Source: an uncultured Enterobacteriaceae bacterium (GTDB taxonomy: Bacteria; Pseudomonadota; Gammaproteobacteria; Burkholderiales; SG8-39). From it: a DNA stretch of 64,000 nt. Location of the stretch: the NCBI GenBank assembly GCA_964565875.1, contig CAZMGP010000021.1, forward strand, positions 9,094 through 73,093, written 5' to 3'. Below the pieces are notes generated by a model, which saw only the letters and a list, made by a program, of their open reading frames with translations, had not been told where the DNA came from and did not search any database. A program made the translations under genes and the position numbers. Below, one piece after another: positions 21,241-31,499 of the stretch (its first letter is position 1; each line of letters begins with the position of its first letter).

Positions 21241-24200
21241 GGCTGGCGCCGCACCGCCTCCGCGCTCCGCGCAAAGCCCGCAGCATCTGCATCGAGCCGC
21301 AACGCCAGGCTTGCCGCGGGCGCGCGCAGTGAGGGGCCGTTCTCGCGCTCGCCCGGCGCGAACCAGATCGCGGCAGCGCCCAAGAGCAGCGCCAGGCTAA
21401 GCCCGGCTGCCGGCGCCAGCGAGCGGCGCAGTTGCGCCGCCAAGTGCCGCAGAAAAAGTCTGGCTCGAGCTAGCATAGCGCGCCTGCGCGCCGCAGCCTC
21501 GCTGCGCCGCTGGGCTTCGATCTCCGCCGCTTCGCGCTCGCGTTCCGCGCGTGCAAGCGCCGCCTGCAATGCGGCTTCCTCGGCGCTGCGCTTCTCAGTT
21601 TCGGCCTGGGCGAGCCGCCGTTCCGCTTCGAGGCGCGATTGCGCCTGCTGTTCGAGCTCGCGCTCACTCGCCGCACGCGCAAGCGCCACCTCCCTTTCGG
21701 CTTCCACCGCCGTGCGTGCACGCGCCGCGGCTTGTTCCGCTTCGGCCTCGGCCCGGGCGCGTTCGGCCACCGCGGCCTGGGCGGCGAGCTCGGCTTGCGT
21801 CCGCTTCTCGGCTGCTGCCTGAGCAGTGCGCTCCCGCTCGCTGCGCCCTTGCAGGCGCGCAGTCGCTTCGCGTTCAGCGCTTTCGCGCGAACGCGCCTGG
21901 GCCGCTGCCGCCTCCTCGACTTCATTCTGGTTCTTAGCCGCCGCTTCCAGGGCGGCCTCCTGCTGCTGCCGTTGCCTCGCGGCTTCTGCGGCGCCCGCTT
22001 CCGCCCGGATGCGCTCCTTCGTCTGCGCTTCGGCGCGCTCGATCGCCGCCGCCGCGAGTTGCGCTGCCTGTGCGGCTTGCACTTCTGCCTGTGCGCGTGC
22101 GTTCGCAGCGTCGGTCGCCAAGCGCATTGCAGCACTGCGCTCTTCCGCCGCCGATTGCGACCGGCGTTCCTGCTCCGCGCGCCGCTCGGCGAGCGCCGCG
22201 GCTCCACCCTCGGCGGCCTCGCGTGCCTGCGCTGCCGCAGCCGCCGTTTGCTCTTCTTGTTCGCGCGCCGCCGCGGCGGCTTCGGCCGCAGCCTCCTGTC
22301 GCGCGCGAGCCTGCGCGGCTTCGCTCGCTCGGCGTTGTAGCTGAGCGTGCTCCTTCGCCGCAGCTTGAGCAAGTTCTTCGCTCGCCAGCCGCGCTGCGGC
22401 GGCGCCTTGCGCTTTGAGTTCCGCCGCGGCCCGGCTCTTCTCCGCCGCGAGCGCCTCCTGTTCCGCCGCGAGCCTGGCCTGTGCCGCGTCCTGGAGCCTG
22501 TTCTCTTCCGCAGTGCGCCGCTCTGCCTGGTCCTGCGCCGCTCGTTCCGCGTCCGCTCTGCCGCGTGCGGTCTCGGCGAGCTTGCGCTCCTCCGCCTCGC
22601 GCGCTTGCAGCGCTGCGAGGGCCTGCGCCTCCCGCTGCACGCGCTGCTTCGCCGCCTGCTCTGCGCTTTCCTCAGCGACAGCGCGTTCGGCGATGGCGTT
22701 ACGCGCCGCCTCCTCGGCCTCCGCACGTTCCCGGGCGAGTCGCGCCGCTTCCTCTTCGCTGCGAACGCGCGCTGCGGCGGCGGCGATCGCCCGAGATTCG
22801 CTTTCGGCCCTTGCCGCGGCTTCAGCCCGCGCGCGCTCCTCTTGAGTAAGCCGTTCCCGCGCGCTGCGTGCTGCGGCCGCTTCCGCTTGCACGCGTTCGT
22901 CCGCGCGCTGCTTCGCCTGTTCTTCGGCCTGTAAGCGCAGCGCGAGCGCCTTCACCGCTGCGGCATCGGCTTCTTCGCGGCTGCGCGCGAGCACCGCGGC
23001 TTCTTCCTCCGCTTTGGCTTTTGCCGCCAGGGTTTCGGCTAAGGCTTGCTCCGCCACCTCGCGCTCGCGCACGTGCGCGAGGCCCTGCGCCTCGATGCGC
23101 GCCCGCTCTTCGGCCGCCGCCTGAGCGAGCTTCTCTTTTTCGATGCGTTCCCGCGCTCGCAAAGACGCCGCCAGTTCGGCTTCGACTCGCTGGCTCGCAC
23201 TCGCGCGTGCCGCCTCTTCCGCCAGCAGGCGCAATGCGGCTGCCTCCGCCGCCGCGGCCTCCTGCTCTTCGCGCCTCGCCGCCTCCTGCGTAGCGAGCGA
23301 CTCCGCCTGAACACGCTCGCGCGTCGCATCCTGTTCGGCACGTTCGGCTTGCGCGCGGGCAACTGCCGCCTGCTCGGCCTGCGCGTCTGCCAGCCGTCGT
23401 GCCTCCGCTTGGGCCGCAGCTTGCCGCTCGGCTTCCAGCCGTTCGCGCGCGAGCTGCGCAGCAGCCTGCTCCGCTTCTGTCCTCGCCCGTGCCGCTGCGG
23501 CGCGCTGCGCCTGCGCTTCGCCATGTTCCCGCGTCAATTGCGCGGCAGCCTGCTCGAGCGCAAGCCGTTCCCGCGCCTGGGCCTCGGCCTTCGTTTCCGC
23601 TTCAGTGCGAGCGCGTTCTTCGTTGCGGGCGAGTTGCTGTGCCAGCGCCAGCGCCTTGGCCCGTGCGGCGGCAGCGGCCTCGCTTGCCCGCCGATCCTCG
23701 GCGGCCTTGCGTCGCGCTCGCTCGCCCTCCGCGCGCTGCCTGAGCTCGGCCAACTGCGCCTGTTCTCGCCTGGCCTCGGCTTCGCGACGCCCGCCCGCAG
23801 CCGTTGCTTCCGGTGTGTCGCGCCGCGCGGTCAGCGCCTTAGCGCCGGTAGCTTGCGCCAAAGCTTGGACCTCTTCCGGCGAAAAGCTCTGCCTTACCTG
23901 GCGCTGCTGTCCCTCAGCTGCCAGCCGCTGGCGCACTTCGGCCCAATAGCGCTCGTCCTGCTGCGCCGCGCCCTCCTCGCCGCGTTCGCCTCCCTCCAAC
24001 GCTAGCCGCCGCCTGACCTCGGCCCAGTATTGCTCGTCCTGTGCCGCCCGCGCCGTGGACTTGCCCTGCGCGCTCGCCTGCCCGCCGGCGGCGGATTTCG
24101 GCGGCGCGGCGGGAGTAGGGGCCTCCGCGGCAGGACGCTGCGATCGCGTTTCGCGGCGTTTGCGCTCGGCGTTTTTCAGATGATCGAGCAGGCGGCTCAT
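21237..24200 (-). CDS. 987-aa Ala/Glu/Arg/Gln-rich predicted long alpha-helical protein with one C-terminal hydrophobic (TM-like) segment
   Basis: This is the only frame of six with a protein-like beginning (MSRLLDHLKNAERKRRE), a duplicated QDE.YWAEVR.RLA.EG motif, about 800 aa of charged helix-type low complexity, and a hydrophobic segment near the end (LSLALLLGAAAIWF). All other frames are open but encode Arg/Pro/Cys/Leu-rich nonsense. Confidence 0.65.
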   Translation of the reverse strand: MSRLLDHLKNAERKRRETRSQRPAAEAPTPAAPPKSAAGGQASAQGKSTARAAQDEQYWAEVRRRLALEGGERGEEGAAQQDERYWAEVRQRLAAEGQQRQVRQSFSPEEVQALAQATGAKALTARRDTPEATAAGGRREAEARREQAQLAELRQRAEGERARRKAAEDRRASEAAAAARAKALALAQQLARNEERARTEAETKAEAQARERLALEQAAAQLTREHGEAQAQRAAAARARTEAEQAAAQLARERLEAERQAAAQAEARRLADAQAEQAAVARAQAERAEQDATRERVQAESLATQEAARREEQEAAAAEAAALRLLAEEAARASASQRVEAELAASLRARERIEKEKLAQAAAEERARIEAQGLAHVREREVAEQALAETLAAKAKAEEEAAVLARSREEADAAAVKALALRLQAEEQAKQRADERVQAEAAAARSARERLTQEERARAEAAARAESESRAIAAAAARVRSEEEAARLARERAEAEEAARNAIAERAVAEESAEQAAKQRVQREAQALAALQAREAEERKLAETARGRADAERAAQDQAERRTAEENRLQDAAQARLAAEQEALAAEKSRAAAELKAQGAAAARLASEELAQAAAKEHAQLQRRASEAAQARARQEAAAEAAAAAREQEEQTAAAAAQAREAAEGGAAALAERRAEQERRSQSAAEERSAAMRLATDAANARAQAEVQAAQAAQLAAAAIERAEAQTKERIRAEAGAAEAARQRQQQEAALEAAAKNQNEVEEAAAAQARSRESAEREATARLQGRSERERTAQAAAEKRTQAELAAQAAVAERARAEAEAEQAAARARTAVEAEREVALARAASERELEQQAQSRLEAERRLAQAETEKRSAEEAALQAALARAEREREAAEIEAQRRSEAAARRRAMLARARLFLRHLAAQLRRSLAPAAGLSLALLLGAAAIWFAPGERENGPSLRAPAASLALRLDADAAGFARSAEAVRRQP

Positions 24201-24391
24201 GCGGACAGCGCGCTGCTGACGTGAATCGACATTACCCCCCCCTCGATGGCAGGCGCGTTAGGCCTTGGCCTACCGACCGTCCCCTCGCTATTGTATGCTT
24301 AGCCCATTCTTCGAATGCGCGCGTCTCCTGCAAACCCCGGCCGAGACGCCGACTCTATCCGCAGCTTTCATTCTCCCAGAAAAGGAAATCG

Positions 24392-25363
24392 ATGAAGAAG
24401 ACCCTGCTCGCCCTTGCCGTTCTCGCCGGACTAACGTTCACAACAGTCGCCGCAGCAGCCGACGCCTATCCGCTGAAGCCGGTGCGCATCGTCGTCCCCT
24501 TTGCGGCGGGCGGCGCCATCGACATCATCGTGCGCGCCGCCGCGCAGCAGCTATCGCAAGAACTGGCGCAGCCGGTGATAGTCGACAATCGGCCGGGGGC
24601 GGGCGGGAACATCGGCGCCGACATGGTGGCGAAAAGCGCCCCGGACGGCTACACGCTGCTCGCGGGAACGTCGGCGACCCACGGTGCTAATCCGGGCTTG
24701 TACGCCAAGATGCCCTACGATGCGCGGCGCGATTTCGCGCCGATCGCCCATATCGCCGGTGTGCCCAACGTGCTGGTGGTGACGCCGGCCTCGGGCCTGC
24801 GCAGCGTCGATGACTTGGTGCGCGAGGCACGCGCCCATCCGGGCAAGTTGAGCTACGGCTCGGCGGGCAGCGGCACGTCCTTGCACCTCGCCGGCGAACT
24901 CTTCCGCGGCGCGGCCCAGGTGGACTTGCTGCACGTGCCTTACAAAGGTGCCGCGCCCGCCACCACCGACCTGCTCGGCGGCCAGATCACCATGATGTTC
25001 AATACCGTGCCGGTGGCGCTGCCGCTCATTCGCTCGGGGAAGCTGACTGCACTCGCCGTCACCTCACGCGAGCGCCACTTCGCGCTACCCGAGGTGCCGA
25101 CCTTCGTGGAAAAGGGCTACAAGTCGGTGGAATCGGCTACCTGGGTCGGGCTGTTCGCACCGACTGGGACGCCGCGCGAAGCGATCGACAAGCTGGCGCA
25201 GGCGATGGACCGGGCGCTGCGCGACAAGACAGTCGCCGGCACTTTGCGCGCCCAGGGGGCCGAACCGCAATTCTTGCCGCCCGAGGCGTTCGGACGCTAT
25301 GTCGATGCGGAAATCGCGCGCTGGGGTGCGGTGGTGCGCACAGCCGGCATCAAGCTCGACTGA
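24392..25363 (+). CDS. Bug-family (TctC-like) tripartite tricarboxylate transporter substrate-binding protein, orphan
   Basis: Taken from ATG 24392: MKKTLLALAVLAGL...AYPLKPVRIVVPFAAGGAIDIIVRAAAQQL...VIVDNRPGAGGNIG is the canonical Bug signature. Confidence 0.85.
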   Translation: MKKTLLALAVLAGLTFTTVAAAADAYPLKPVRIVVPFAAGGAIDIIVRAAAQQLSQELAQPVIVDNRPGAGGNIGADMVAKSAPDGYTLLAGTSATHGANPGLYAKMPYDARRDFAPIAHIAGVPNVLVVTPASGLRSVDDLVREARAHPGKLSYGSAGSGTSLHLAGELFRGAAQVDLLHVPYKGAAPATTDLLGGQITMMFNTVPVALPLIRSGKLTALAVTSRERHFALPEVPTFVEKGYKSVESATWVGLFAPTGTPREAIDKLAQAMDRALRDKTVAGTLRAQGAEPQFLPPEAFGRYVDAEIARWGAVVRTAGIKLD

Positions 25364-25436
25364 GCCTGCCGCGGACGCGCCGGCGAGCCGCCCTCGCCGC
25401 GTGGCGTCGCAGCCTCCACTAGCGTAAGATTGGCCG

Positions 25437-26714
25437 ATGAATTTAGTAGCAGAAATCGCCGATATTCGGGCCTACATGCGCAAAATCGGGGAGCAGGCGC
25501 GCGCCGCTTCGCGCCTGCTCGCGCGCGCCGACACGACCAGCAAGGATCGCGCCTTGGCCGCTGCGGCCGAGGCCATCCGGCGCGATAGCGCCAAGCTCCT
25601 CGCCGCGAATGCGGCCGACGTCGCCGAAGCGCGGGCCGAGGGGCTCGAGCCGGCGCTGCTCGACCGCCTGCAGCTTGACGCCGACAGCATCGAGGCCATG
25701 GCCGAAGGCCTGGAGCAGATCGCCCGGCTGCCAGATCCCATCGGCGCCATCACCGACGTGCAGGAGCGCCCGAGCGGCATCCGCGTCGGCAGGATGCGCG
25801 TGCCCCTGGGCGTGATCGGCATCATTTACGAGTCGCGTCCGAACGTCACCGCCGACGCCGCCGGCCTGTGCCTGAAGTCGGGCAACGCCGCCATTCTCCG
25901 CGGCGGCAGCGAGGCGCTGCGCTGCAACCAAGCGATCGCCGCCTGCATGCGCGAAGGCCTGAAGGCCGCCGGATTGCCGCTCACCGCAGTGCAGGTGATC
26001 GCCACCACCGACCGCGCGGCGGTGGGCGAGCTGCTGCGCATGAACGAATACGTCGACATCATCGTCCCGCGCGGCGGCAAGGGGCTGGTCGAGCGGGTGA
26101 TGGCGGAATCGCGCATACCCATGATCAAGCACCTGGACGGGGTGTGCCACGTCTACATCGACGACCGCGCCGACTTCGACAAGGCGGTAAGCATCGCCGA
26201 CAACGCCAAGACGCAGCGCTACGGCACCTGCAACACCATGGAAACGCTGCTGGTGGCCGAAGCCATCGCACCGAAAGTGCTGCCGCCGCTTGCCAAGATC
26301 TATTGCGCCAAGGGCGTGGAATTGCGCGGCGACGAAAGCGCGCGCGCCCTCGTGCCGGGCATGCTGCCGGCGAGCGAGGACGACTGGTATGCGGAATACT
26401 TGGCGCCCATCCTGGCGGTGCGCGTGGTGAAGGATCTGGACCAAGCGATGGAGCACATCGAGAAATACGGCTCGCACCATACCGACGCCATCGTCACCGA
26501 GGACGACGCGCGCGCGCAGCGCTTCCTGCGCGAAGTCGATTCGAGTTCGGTGATGGTCAACGCCTCGACGCGCTTCGCCGACGGCTTCGAATACGGCCTG
26601 GGAGCCGAGGTGGGCATCTCCACCGACAAGCTGCACGCGCGCGGACCGGTCGGGCTGGAAGGCCTCACTTCGCAGAAATACGTCGTCCTCGGCGACGGCC
26701 AGATCCGCACATGA
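25437..26714 (+). CDS. proA: Glutamate-5-semialdehyde dehydrogenase
   Basis: 425 aa. [32 protein letters not shown] ... CNTMETLLV (catalytic Cys region) are typical ProA motifs. Confidence 0.9.
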   Translation: MNLVAEIADIRAYMRKIGEQARAASRLLARADTTSKDRALAAAAEAIRRDSAKLLAANAADVAEARAEGLEPALLDRLQLDADSIEAMAEGLEQIARLPDPIGAITDVQERPSGIRVGRMRVPLGVIGIIYESRPNVTADAAGLCLKSGNAAILRGGSEALRCNQAIAACMREGLKAAGLPLTAVQVIATTDRAAVGELLRMNEYVDIIVPRGGKGLVERVMAESRIPMIKHLDGVCHVYIDDRADFDKAVSIADNAKTQRYGTCNTMETLLVAEAIAPKVLPPLAKIYCAKGVELRGDESARALVPGMLPASEDDWYAEYLAPILAVRVVKDLDQAMEHIEKYGSHHTDAIVTEDDARAQRFLREVDSSSVMVNASTRFADGFEYGLGAEVGISTDKLHARGPVGLEGLTSQKYVVLGDGQIRT

Positions 26715-27337
26715 CGGCGCTGGTCTGGTACTTCGACTTCGTTTCGCCCTATTCCTACCTGCAGATTGCGGCCTATCCGCAGCTCGTGCGTGAATCCATA
26801 CTGCGGCCGGTGCTGTTTGCGGGACTCCTCGGGCACTGGGGCGGCAAGGGTCCGGCGGAAGTGCCGGCCAAGCGCCTGCAGACCTACCGCTTCACCGCCT
26901 GGCAGGCGGACAAGCGCGGCATTCCCATGCGCTACCCACCGGCGCACCCCTTCAATCCGCTGCCGGCGCTGCGTCTTGCCCTTGCGCTCGAGTCCCGCTA
27001 TGAGCCGGTGCGGAGCATTTTCGACTTCATCTGGGGCGAAGGCCGGTCGATCGCCGACGAGTGGCCGGCGCTCGCCGAGCGCCTGGGTCTCGGCCTCGCC
27101 CAGGCCGAGGCGATGATCGCCGAGCCGCGGGTGAAGGAGGCGCTCGCCGCAAACGGGCGCGAAGCAGTCGCGCGCGGCGTCTATGGCGTGCCCACCTTCG
27201 ACACCGGCAAGGAGCTGTTCTGGGGGTTGGATGCCACCGACATGCTCTGCGACTACCTGGCCGACGCGGCGCTGTTCGACGCGCCGGAAATGCAGCGCAT
27301 CGCGAACCTGCCGGTCGGCGCCGCGCGTAAGGGCTGA
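26711..27337 (+). CDS. 2-hydroxychromene-2-carboxylate isomerase / DsbA-like family protein
   Basis: The ATG overlaps the proA stop (ATGA). [17 protein letters not shown] ... [17 protein letters not shown] is the HCCA-isomerase-type pattern. Confidence 0.7.
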   Translation: MTALVWYFDFVSPYSYLQIAAYPQLVRESILRPVLFAGLLGHWGGKGPAEVPAKRLQTYRFTAWQADKRGIPMRYPPAHPFNPLPALRLALALESRYEPVRSIFDFIWGEGRSIADEWPALAERLGLGLAQAEAMIAEPRVKEALAANGREAVARGVYGVPTFDTGKELFWGLDATDMLCDYLADAALFDAPEMQRIANLPVGAARKG

Positions 27338-27345
27338 CTCCCCGC

Positions 27346-28020
27346 TTGAGCGCCTCCCACCTGAACGTCTGCGGCATCCTCGGCGGTACCTTCGACCCTG
27401 TTCACCTGGCGCATGTCGCGCTCGCCGAAGCGGCGCTGCGCGCGCTGCCCTTGGACGAAATCCTGTGGCTGCCCACGGGCAGTCCCGGCCATCGGGCGCC
27501 GCCCGCCGCGAGCGCCGAAGCGCGCATGGCGATGCTGCGGCTCGCCACTGCCGGCAATCCACGCTTTCGCATCGACGACGCGGAGCTGAAGTCGGGTGAG
27601 ACCACTTACACCGTGCACAGCCTCACGCGGCTACGCGCGCAGCTGGGCGACCGAGCGCCGCTGGTGCTGCTGCTCGGAGCGGACTCCTTCCTAAGCCTGC
27701 CGACTTGGTTGCGCTGGAAAGAGCTGTTCCAACTCGCGCATATCGCCATCGCGGACCGCCCCGGGCATCCCGCCATCGACGGCACGCTCCCCGCGGAGCT
27801 GACAGCCGAGACCGCCGCCCGACTCGGCGCTCCTGCCGAACTGCGCGAGCGGGCGGCAGGCAGAATCGTGACCTTCCCCATGCCGCAGCTAGACATTTCG
27901 GCATCGGCCGTGCGAGCCAGCGTCGCCACCGGGGCGGACGCGAGCGCCGTGCTTTCCCCTACAGTGCTCGCCTATATTCAAACGCATCGTCTTTATCGAA
28001 AGGAGCCACACACCAACTGA
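27346..28020 (+). CDS. nadD: Nicotinate-nucleotide adenylyltransferase
   Basis: GILGGTFDPVHLAHV is the (H/T)xGH nucleotidyltransferase motif. Synteny with rsfS and rlmH. Confidence 0.85.
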   Translation: MSASHLNVCGILGGTFDPVHLAHVALAEAALRALPLDEILWLPTGSPGHRAPPAASAEARMAMLRLATAGNPRFRIDDAELKSGETTYTVHSLTRLRAQLGDRAPLVLLLGADSFLSLPTWLRWKELFQLAHIAIADRPGHPAIDGTLPAELTAETAARLGAPAELRERAAGRIVTFPMPQLDISASAVRASVATGADASAVLSPTVLAYIQTHRLYRKEPHTN

Positions 28021-28400
28021 TGGATATCCGCAAAATGGAAAAAGCAGTCGTCGCCGCACTCGAGGACATCAAGGCGCGCGACATCGCCGTGTTCAAGGTG
28101 GCGCATCTCTCCCCCTTGTTCGAGCGCATGGTCATCGCCAGCGCCGACTCGGCACGGCAGGTCAAAGCGCTCGCGAACAACGTGCAGGAAAAACTGAAGG
28201 CGCTCGGCGCCCAGCCGCTGTCGGTCGAGGGAGAACAGAGCGGCGAATGGATCCTGGTCGACCTCGGCGCGATCGTGGTGCACATCATGCAGCCCGCCGT
28301 GCGCCAGTATTACAACCTGGAGGAACTGTGGGGTCAGCCCGAACCCAAACGGCCGCGCGCGAAGAAGAAAGCGGCTCACGCCAAGTCGGCAGCAGGCTGA
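28020..28400 (+). CDS. rsfS: Ribosome silencing factor RsfS
   Basis: The ATG overlaps the nadD TGA by 1 nt. [15 protein letters not shown]...[19 protein letters not shown]...[24 protein letters not shown] is the canonical RsfS sequence. Confidence 0.9.
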   Translation: MDIRKMEKAVVAALEDIKARDIAVFKVAHLSPLFERMVIASADSARQVKALANNVQEKLKALGAQPLSVEGEQSGEWILVDLGAIVVHIMQPAVRQYYNLEELWGQPEPKRPRAKKKAAHAKSAAG

Positions 28401-28437
28401 GTGCGGCGCCCGGCGGCGCAGCCGCACGGCGCGGCCG

Positions 28438-28908
28438 ATGAAGCTCGCGATCGTCGCCGTCGGCACCCGCATGCCCGAATGGGTCGATGCGGCCTATCAC
28501 GAATACGCCAAACGCATGCCGCGCGGCGCCGGCCTGGAACTCGTCGAAATCAAACCTGAACCGCGCGCGGGCGGCAAATCCGTCGCGCAGCTCCTCGCTG
28601 CGGAGGCAGCGCGCATCCGCCAGGCGCTGCCCAAGGGCGGGCGCGTCATCGCACTCGACGAGCGCGGACGGGAATTCGACAGCGTGCGCCTGGCGCGCGA
28701 GCTTGAAGCCTGGATGCAGGCAGGCGGGGCGGCGAGCTTTCTCATCGGCGGCGCCGACGGCCTGGACGAGGGATTGAAACGGAGCTGCGACCTGCAGCTG
28801 CGGCTGTCCAGCCTGACCCTGCCGCACGGCCTGGCGCGCGTGCTTTTGGCGGAACAGCTCTACCGCGCGCTGAGTATAATCGGCGGCCACCCATACCACC
28901 GCGAGTGA
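28438..28908 (+). CDS. rlmH: 23S rRNA (pseudouridine1915-N3)-methyltransferase
   Basis: [27 protein letters not shown]...[20 protein letters not shown]...LSSLTLPH. 156 aa, SPOUT family, RlmH. Confidence 0.9.
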   Translation: MKLAIVAVGTRMPEWVDAAYHEYAKRMPRGAGLELVEIKPEPRAGGKSVAQLLAAEAARIRQALPKGGRVIALDERGREFDSVRLARELEAWMQAGGAASFLIGGADGLDEGLKRSCDLQLRLSSLTLPHGLARVLLAEQLYRALSIIGGHPYHRE

Positions 28909-29528
28909 CCGTGCCGGTACGACATACACGCATCTACCTTGCCTCGCGCAGCCCGCGCAGGCGCGAACTGCTGCGCCAGATCGGCGTGCACCACGACGTG
29001 CTGATGCTGCGCGTACGGCCGCCGCGCGCCCGCGACGTGAACGAGGACGCGCTCCCCGGGGAAGATCCGCGCAGCTACGTGATGCGCGTCTGCCGCGACA
29101 AGGTCGAAGCGGGCTGGAGTTGCCTGCTCGAGCGCCGGCTGCCGCCGCGCGCGGTGCTTGCCGCGGACACCACCGTGACCCTGGACAACGAGATACTCGG
29201 CACGCCGGCGGACGCGGCGGAAGCCGCGCGCTTTCTCGAACTCCTCTCCGATCGCGAGCACACCGTGCTCACCGCGATTGCGCTCAAGTTCCAGGAGCGC
29301 ACCGAGCTGCAGCTCTCGACCACGGCGGTGCGCTTCCGCGAGCTGGAGCGCGCCGAAATCGAGCGCTACGTCAGGAGCGGCGAGCCCATGGACAAGGCCG
29401 GCGCGTACGGCATCCAGGGGCAGGCGGGCGCGTTCATCGCCGAGATCCGCGGCAGCTATTCCGGCGTCATGGGTCTGCCGCTGTACGAAACCGCGCTCCT
29501 GCTCAAGCGCTTCGGCCTGCGCGACTGA
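28905..29528 (+). CDS. maf: Maf-like nucleoside triphosphate pyrophosphatase
   Basis: GTG start overlapping the rlmH end. [18 protein letters not shown] ... [10 protein letters not shown] are Maf signatures. Confidence 0.85.
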   Translation: MTVPVRHTRIYLASRSPRRRELLRQIGVHHDVLMLRVRPPRARDVNEDALPGEDPRSYVMRVCRDKVEAGWSCLLERRLPPRAVLAADTTVTLDNEILGTPADAAEAARFLELLSDREHTVLTAIALKFQERTELQLSTTAVRFRELERAEIERYVRSGEPMDKAGAYGIQGQAGAFIAEIRGSYSGVMGLPLYETALLLKRFGLRD

Positions 29529-29588
29529 ACGAACCGGCCGCGGCGCTTGCGCGGAAGTGGATTCGGCGCACGCTGCTAGAATGCGCGC

Positions 29589-31064
29589 ATGAGCGAAGAC
29601 ATCCTGATCAACGTCACGCCGCAGGAGACGCGCGTCGCGGTGATGGCAAGCGGCGTGGCGCAGGAATTGCACATCGAGCGCGCCGCGAACCGCGGCCTGG
29701 TCGGCAATATCTACATGGGCAAAGTCGCGCGCGTGCTGCCCGGCATGCAGTCCGCCTTCGTCGAAGTCGGCTTGGAGCGCGCCGCCTTCCTCCACGTCGC
29801 CGACATCTGGGAGGAACGGCAGAACGGCCACGCCGGCACGGAAGCGGGCAAGGCGCATAAGCCGATCGAGAAGATCCTCGCCGAAGGCCAGCCGCTGCTG
29901 GTGCAGGTGGTGAAGGACCCGATCGGCACCAAGGGCGCGCGCCTGTCGACCCAGATCAGCATCGCCGGCCGCATGCTGGTCTACCTGCCGCAGGACCCGC
30001 ATATCGGCATTTCGCAGCGGATCGAGGACGAAAGCGGTCGGGCGCTGTTGCGCGACAAGGTGCAGCAGATGCTGCCGGCGGACGAGAAAGGCGGCTTCAT
30101 CATCCGCACCATGGCGGAAACCGCCACCGATGCCGAGCTGATGAACGACATCCAGTACCTGCGCAAGCTGTGGCAGGACCTGCGCGCGAAAAGCGCCTCC
30201 TCGGCCGCGCCTTCGCTTCTGTACCAGGACTTGTCGCTTGCGCAGCGGGTACTGCGCGACCTGGTGAACGAGAACACCGGGCGCATCCTCATCGACTCGC
30301 GCGAGAACTTCGTCAAGCTGCAGACGTTCGCGCGCGACTACACGCCGAACGTGCTGACGAAGCTCGACCACTATACCGGCGAGCGGCCGCTGTTCGACCT
30401 CTACGGCGTCGAAGAGGAAATCGAGCGCGACCTGGCGCGCCGCGTCGAGCTGAAGTCCGGCGGCTATCTGATCATCGACCAGACCGAGGCGATGACCACC
30501 ATCGACGTCAATACCGGCGGCTTCGTCGGCGTGCGTAACTTCGACGACACCATCTTCAAGACCAACCTAGAGGCGGCGCAGGTGATCGCGCGCCAACTGC
30601 GCCTCCGCAACCTCGGCGGCATCATCATCATCGACTTCATCGACATGGACACCGAGGAGCACCGCTCGGCCGTGCTGCTCGAGTTCAACAAGGCGCTGGC
30701 GCGCGACCGCACGCGCATGACCGTGAGCGGCTTCACTCAGCTCGGGCTGGTCGAAATGACGCGCAAGCGCACGCGCGAGTCGCTCGCCCACGTGCTGTGC
30801 GAAGCCTGTCCCACCTGCGGCGGCCGCGGCCAGGTGAAGACCGCGCGCACCGTGTGCTACGAAATCCTGCGCGAGATCCTGCGCGAATCGCGCGAGTTTT
30901 CCGCGCGCGAATTCCGCATCCTCGCCGCGCAGGTGGTAATCGACCTATTCCTGGAGGAAGAATCGCAGTCGCTCGCGATGCTCGAGGACTTCATCGGCAA
31001 GCCGGTGTCGATGCAGGCCGAATCGAGCTACAGCCAGGAGCAGTTCGACATCGTGCTGCTCTAA
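29589..31064 (+). CDS. rng: Ribonuclease G
   Basis: 491 aa. The S1 domain region (GNIYMGKVARVLPGMQSAFVEVG) plus the RNase E/G catalytic core (IIDQTEAMTTIDVNTG). Follows maf, as in many proteobacteria. Confidence 0.9.
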   Translation: MSEDILINVTPQETRVAVMASGVAQELHIERAANRGLVGNIYMGKVARVLPGMQSAFVEVGLERAAFLHVADIWEERQNGHAGTEAGKAHKPIEKILAEGQPLLVQVVKDPIGTKGARLSTQISIAGRMLVYLPQDPHIGISQRIEDESGRALLRDKVQQMLPADEKGGFIIRTMAETATDAELMNDIQYLRKLWQDLRAKSASSAAPSLLYQDLSLAQRVLRDLVNENTGRILIDSRENFVKLQTFARDYTPNVLTKLDHYTGERPLFDLYGVEEEIERDLARRVELKSGGYLIIDQTEAMTTIDVNTGGFVGVRNFDDTIFKTNLEAAQVIARQLRLRNLGGIIIIDFIDMDTEEHRSAVLLEFNKALARDRTRMTVSGFTQLGLVEMTRKRTRESLAHVLCEACPTCGGRGQVKTARTVCYEILREILRESREFSAREFRILAAQVVIDLFLEEESQSLAMLEDFIGKPVSMQAESSYSQEQFDIVLL

Positions 31065-31073
31065 AGATAGTCG

Positions 31074-31385
31074 ATGCCGGAAGACAAGCTCTCAGCCAAA
31101 GAAGCCGCCCTCGTCGCCGCCGCGCGCGCCGCTGTCGAGCGCGAGGAAGCCCCGCCTGCGGCGCAATCGGTAGCCGCGCCGGCGGAGCCGATGCCAGAGA
31201 AGGCGCGGAATGAGCGGTCGGCAGATATGGCCGAGCGGCTGGCAGCGATGTTTGCCGCGGAGCGCGAGCGTTCGGAGCGGCTGCGCCGGCGCCAGCGGCT
31301 GCTTCTCGTCTGGACGCCTTCGGCGTTCGCGATCTGCGTCGGCCTGTGGACGCTCGTCTGGATGTGGCGGCAGTTCCGCGGTTGA
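31074..31385 (+). CDS. Hypothetical membrane-anchored protein (103 aa)
   Basis: ORF directly after rng, with one C-terminal hydrophobic helix (LLLVWTPSAFAICVGLWTLVWMW). Confidence 0.45.
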   Translation: MPEDKLSAKEAALVAAARAAVEREEAPPAAQSVAAPAEPMPEKARNERSADMAERLAAMFAAERERSERLRRRQRLLLVWTPSAFAICVGLWTLVWMWRQFRG

Positions 31386-31499
31386 GCGCGGCGATGCGCC
31401 TTGGGGGAAGCTCTAAGTAATGGCCTATTTCCCCGGAACGGACGATGAGCTTCCCTCTGAAGTGAGGGATATACGCCCCGAAGGAAGTCCCCTCGGGGG

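Noticed and set aside
21470-24005. Many long ORFs in all other five frames across the giant gene, for example 21470..22726 (-), 23046..24005 (+), 21639..22340 (+) and 22347..22934 (+).
   Set aside because: They encode Arg/Pro/Cys/Leu/Ser-rich strings with no start context, signal or domain pattern. GC-rich GCN/GAG/CGC-type low complexity simply lacks stop codons in every frame. Only the 21237..24200 minus frame gives a coherent protein.
28860-30371. A 503-aa minus-strand ORF.
   Set aside because: It is antisense to maf and rng, both of which have canonical motifs. Its composition is that of an artefact.
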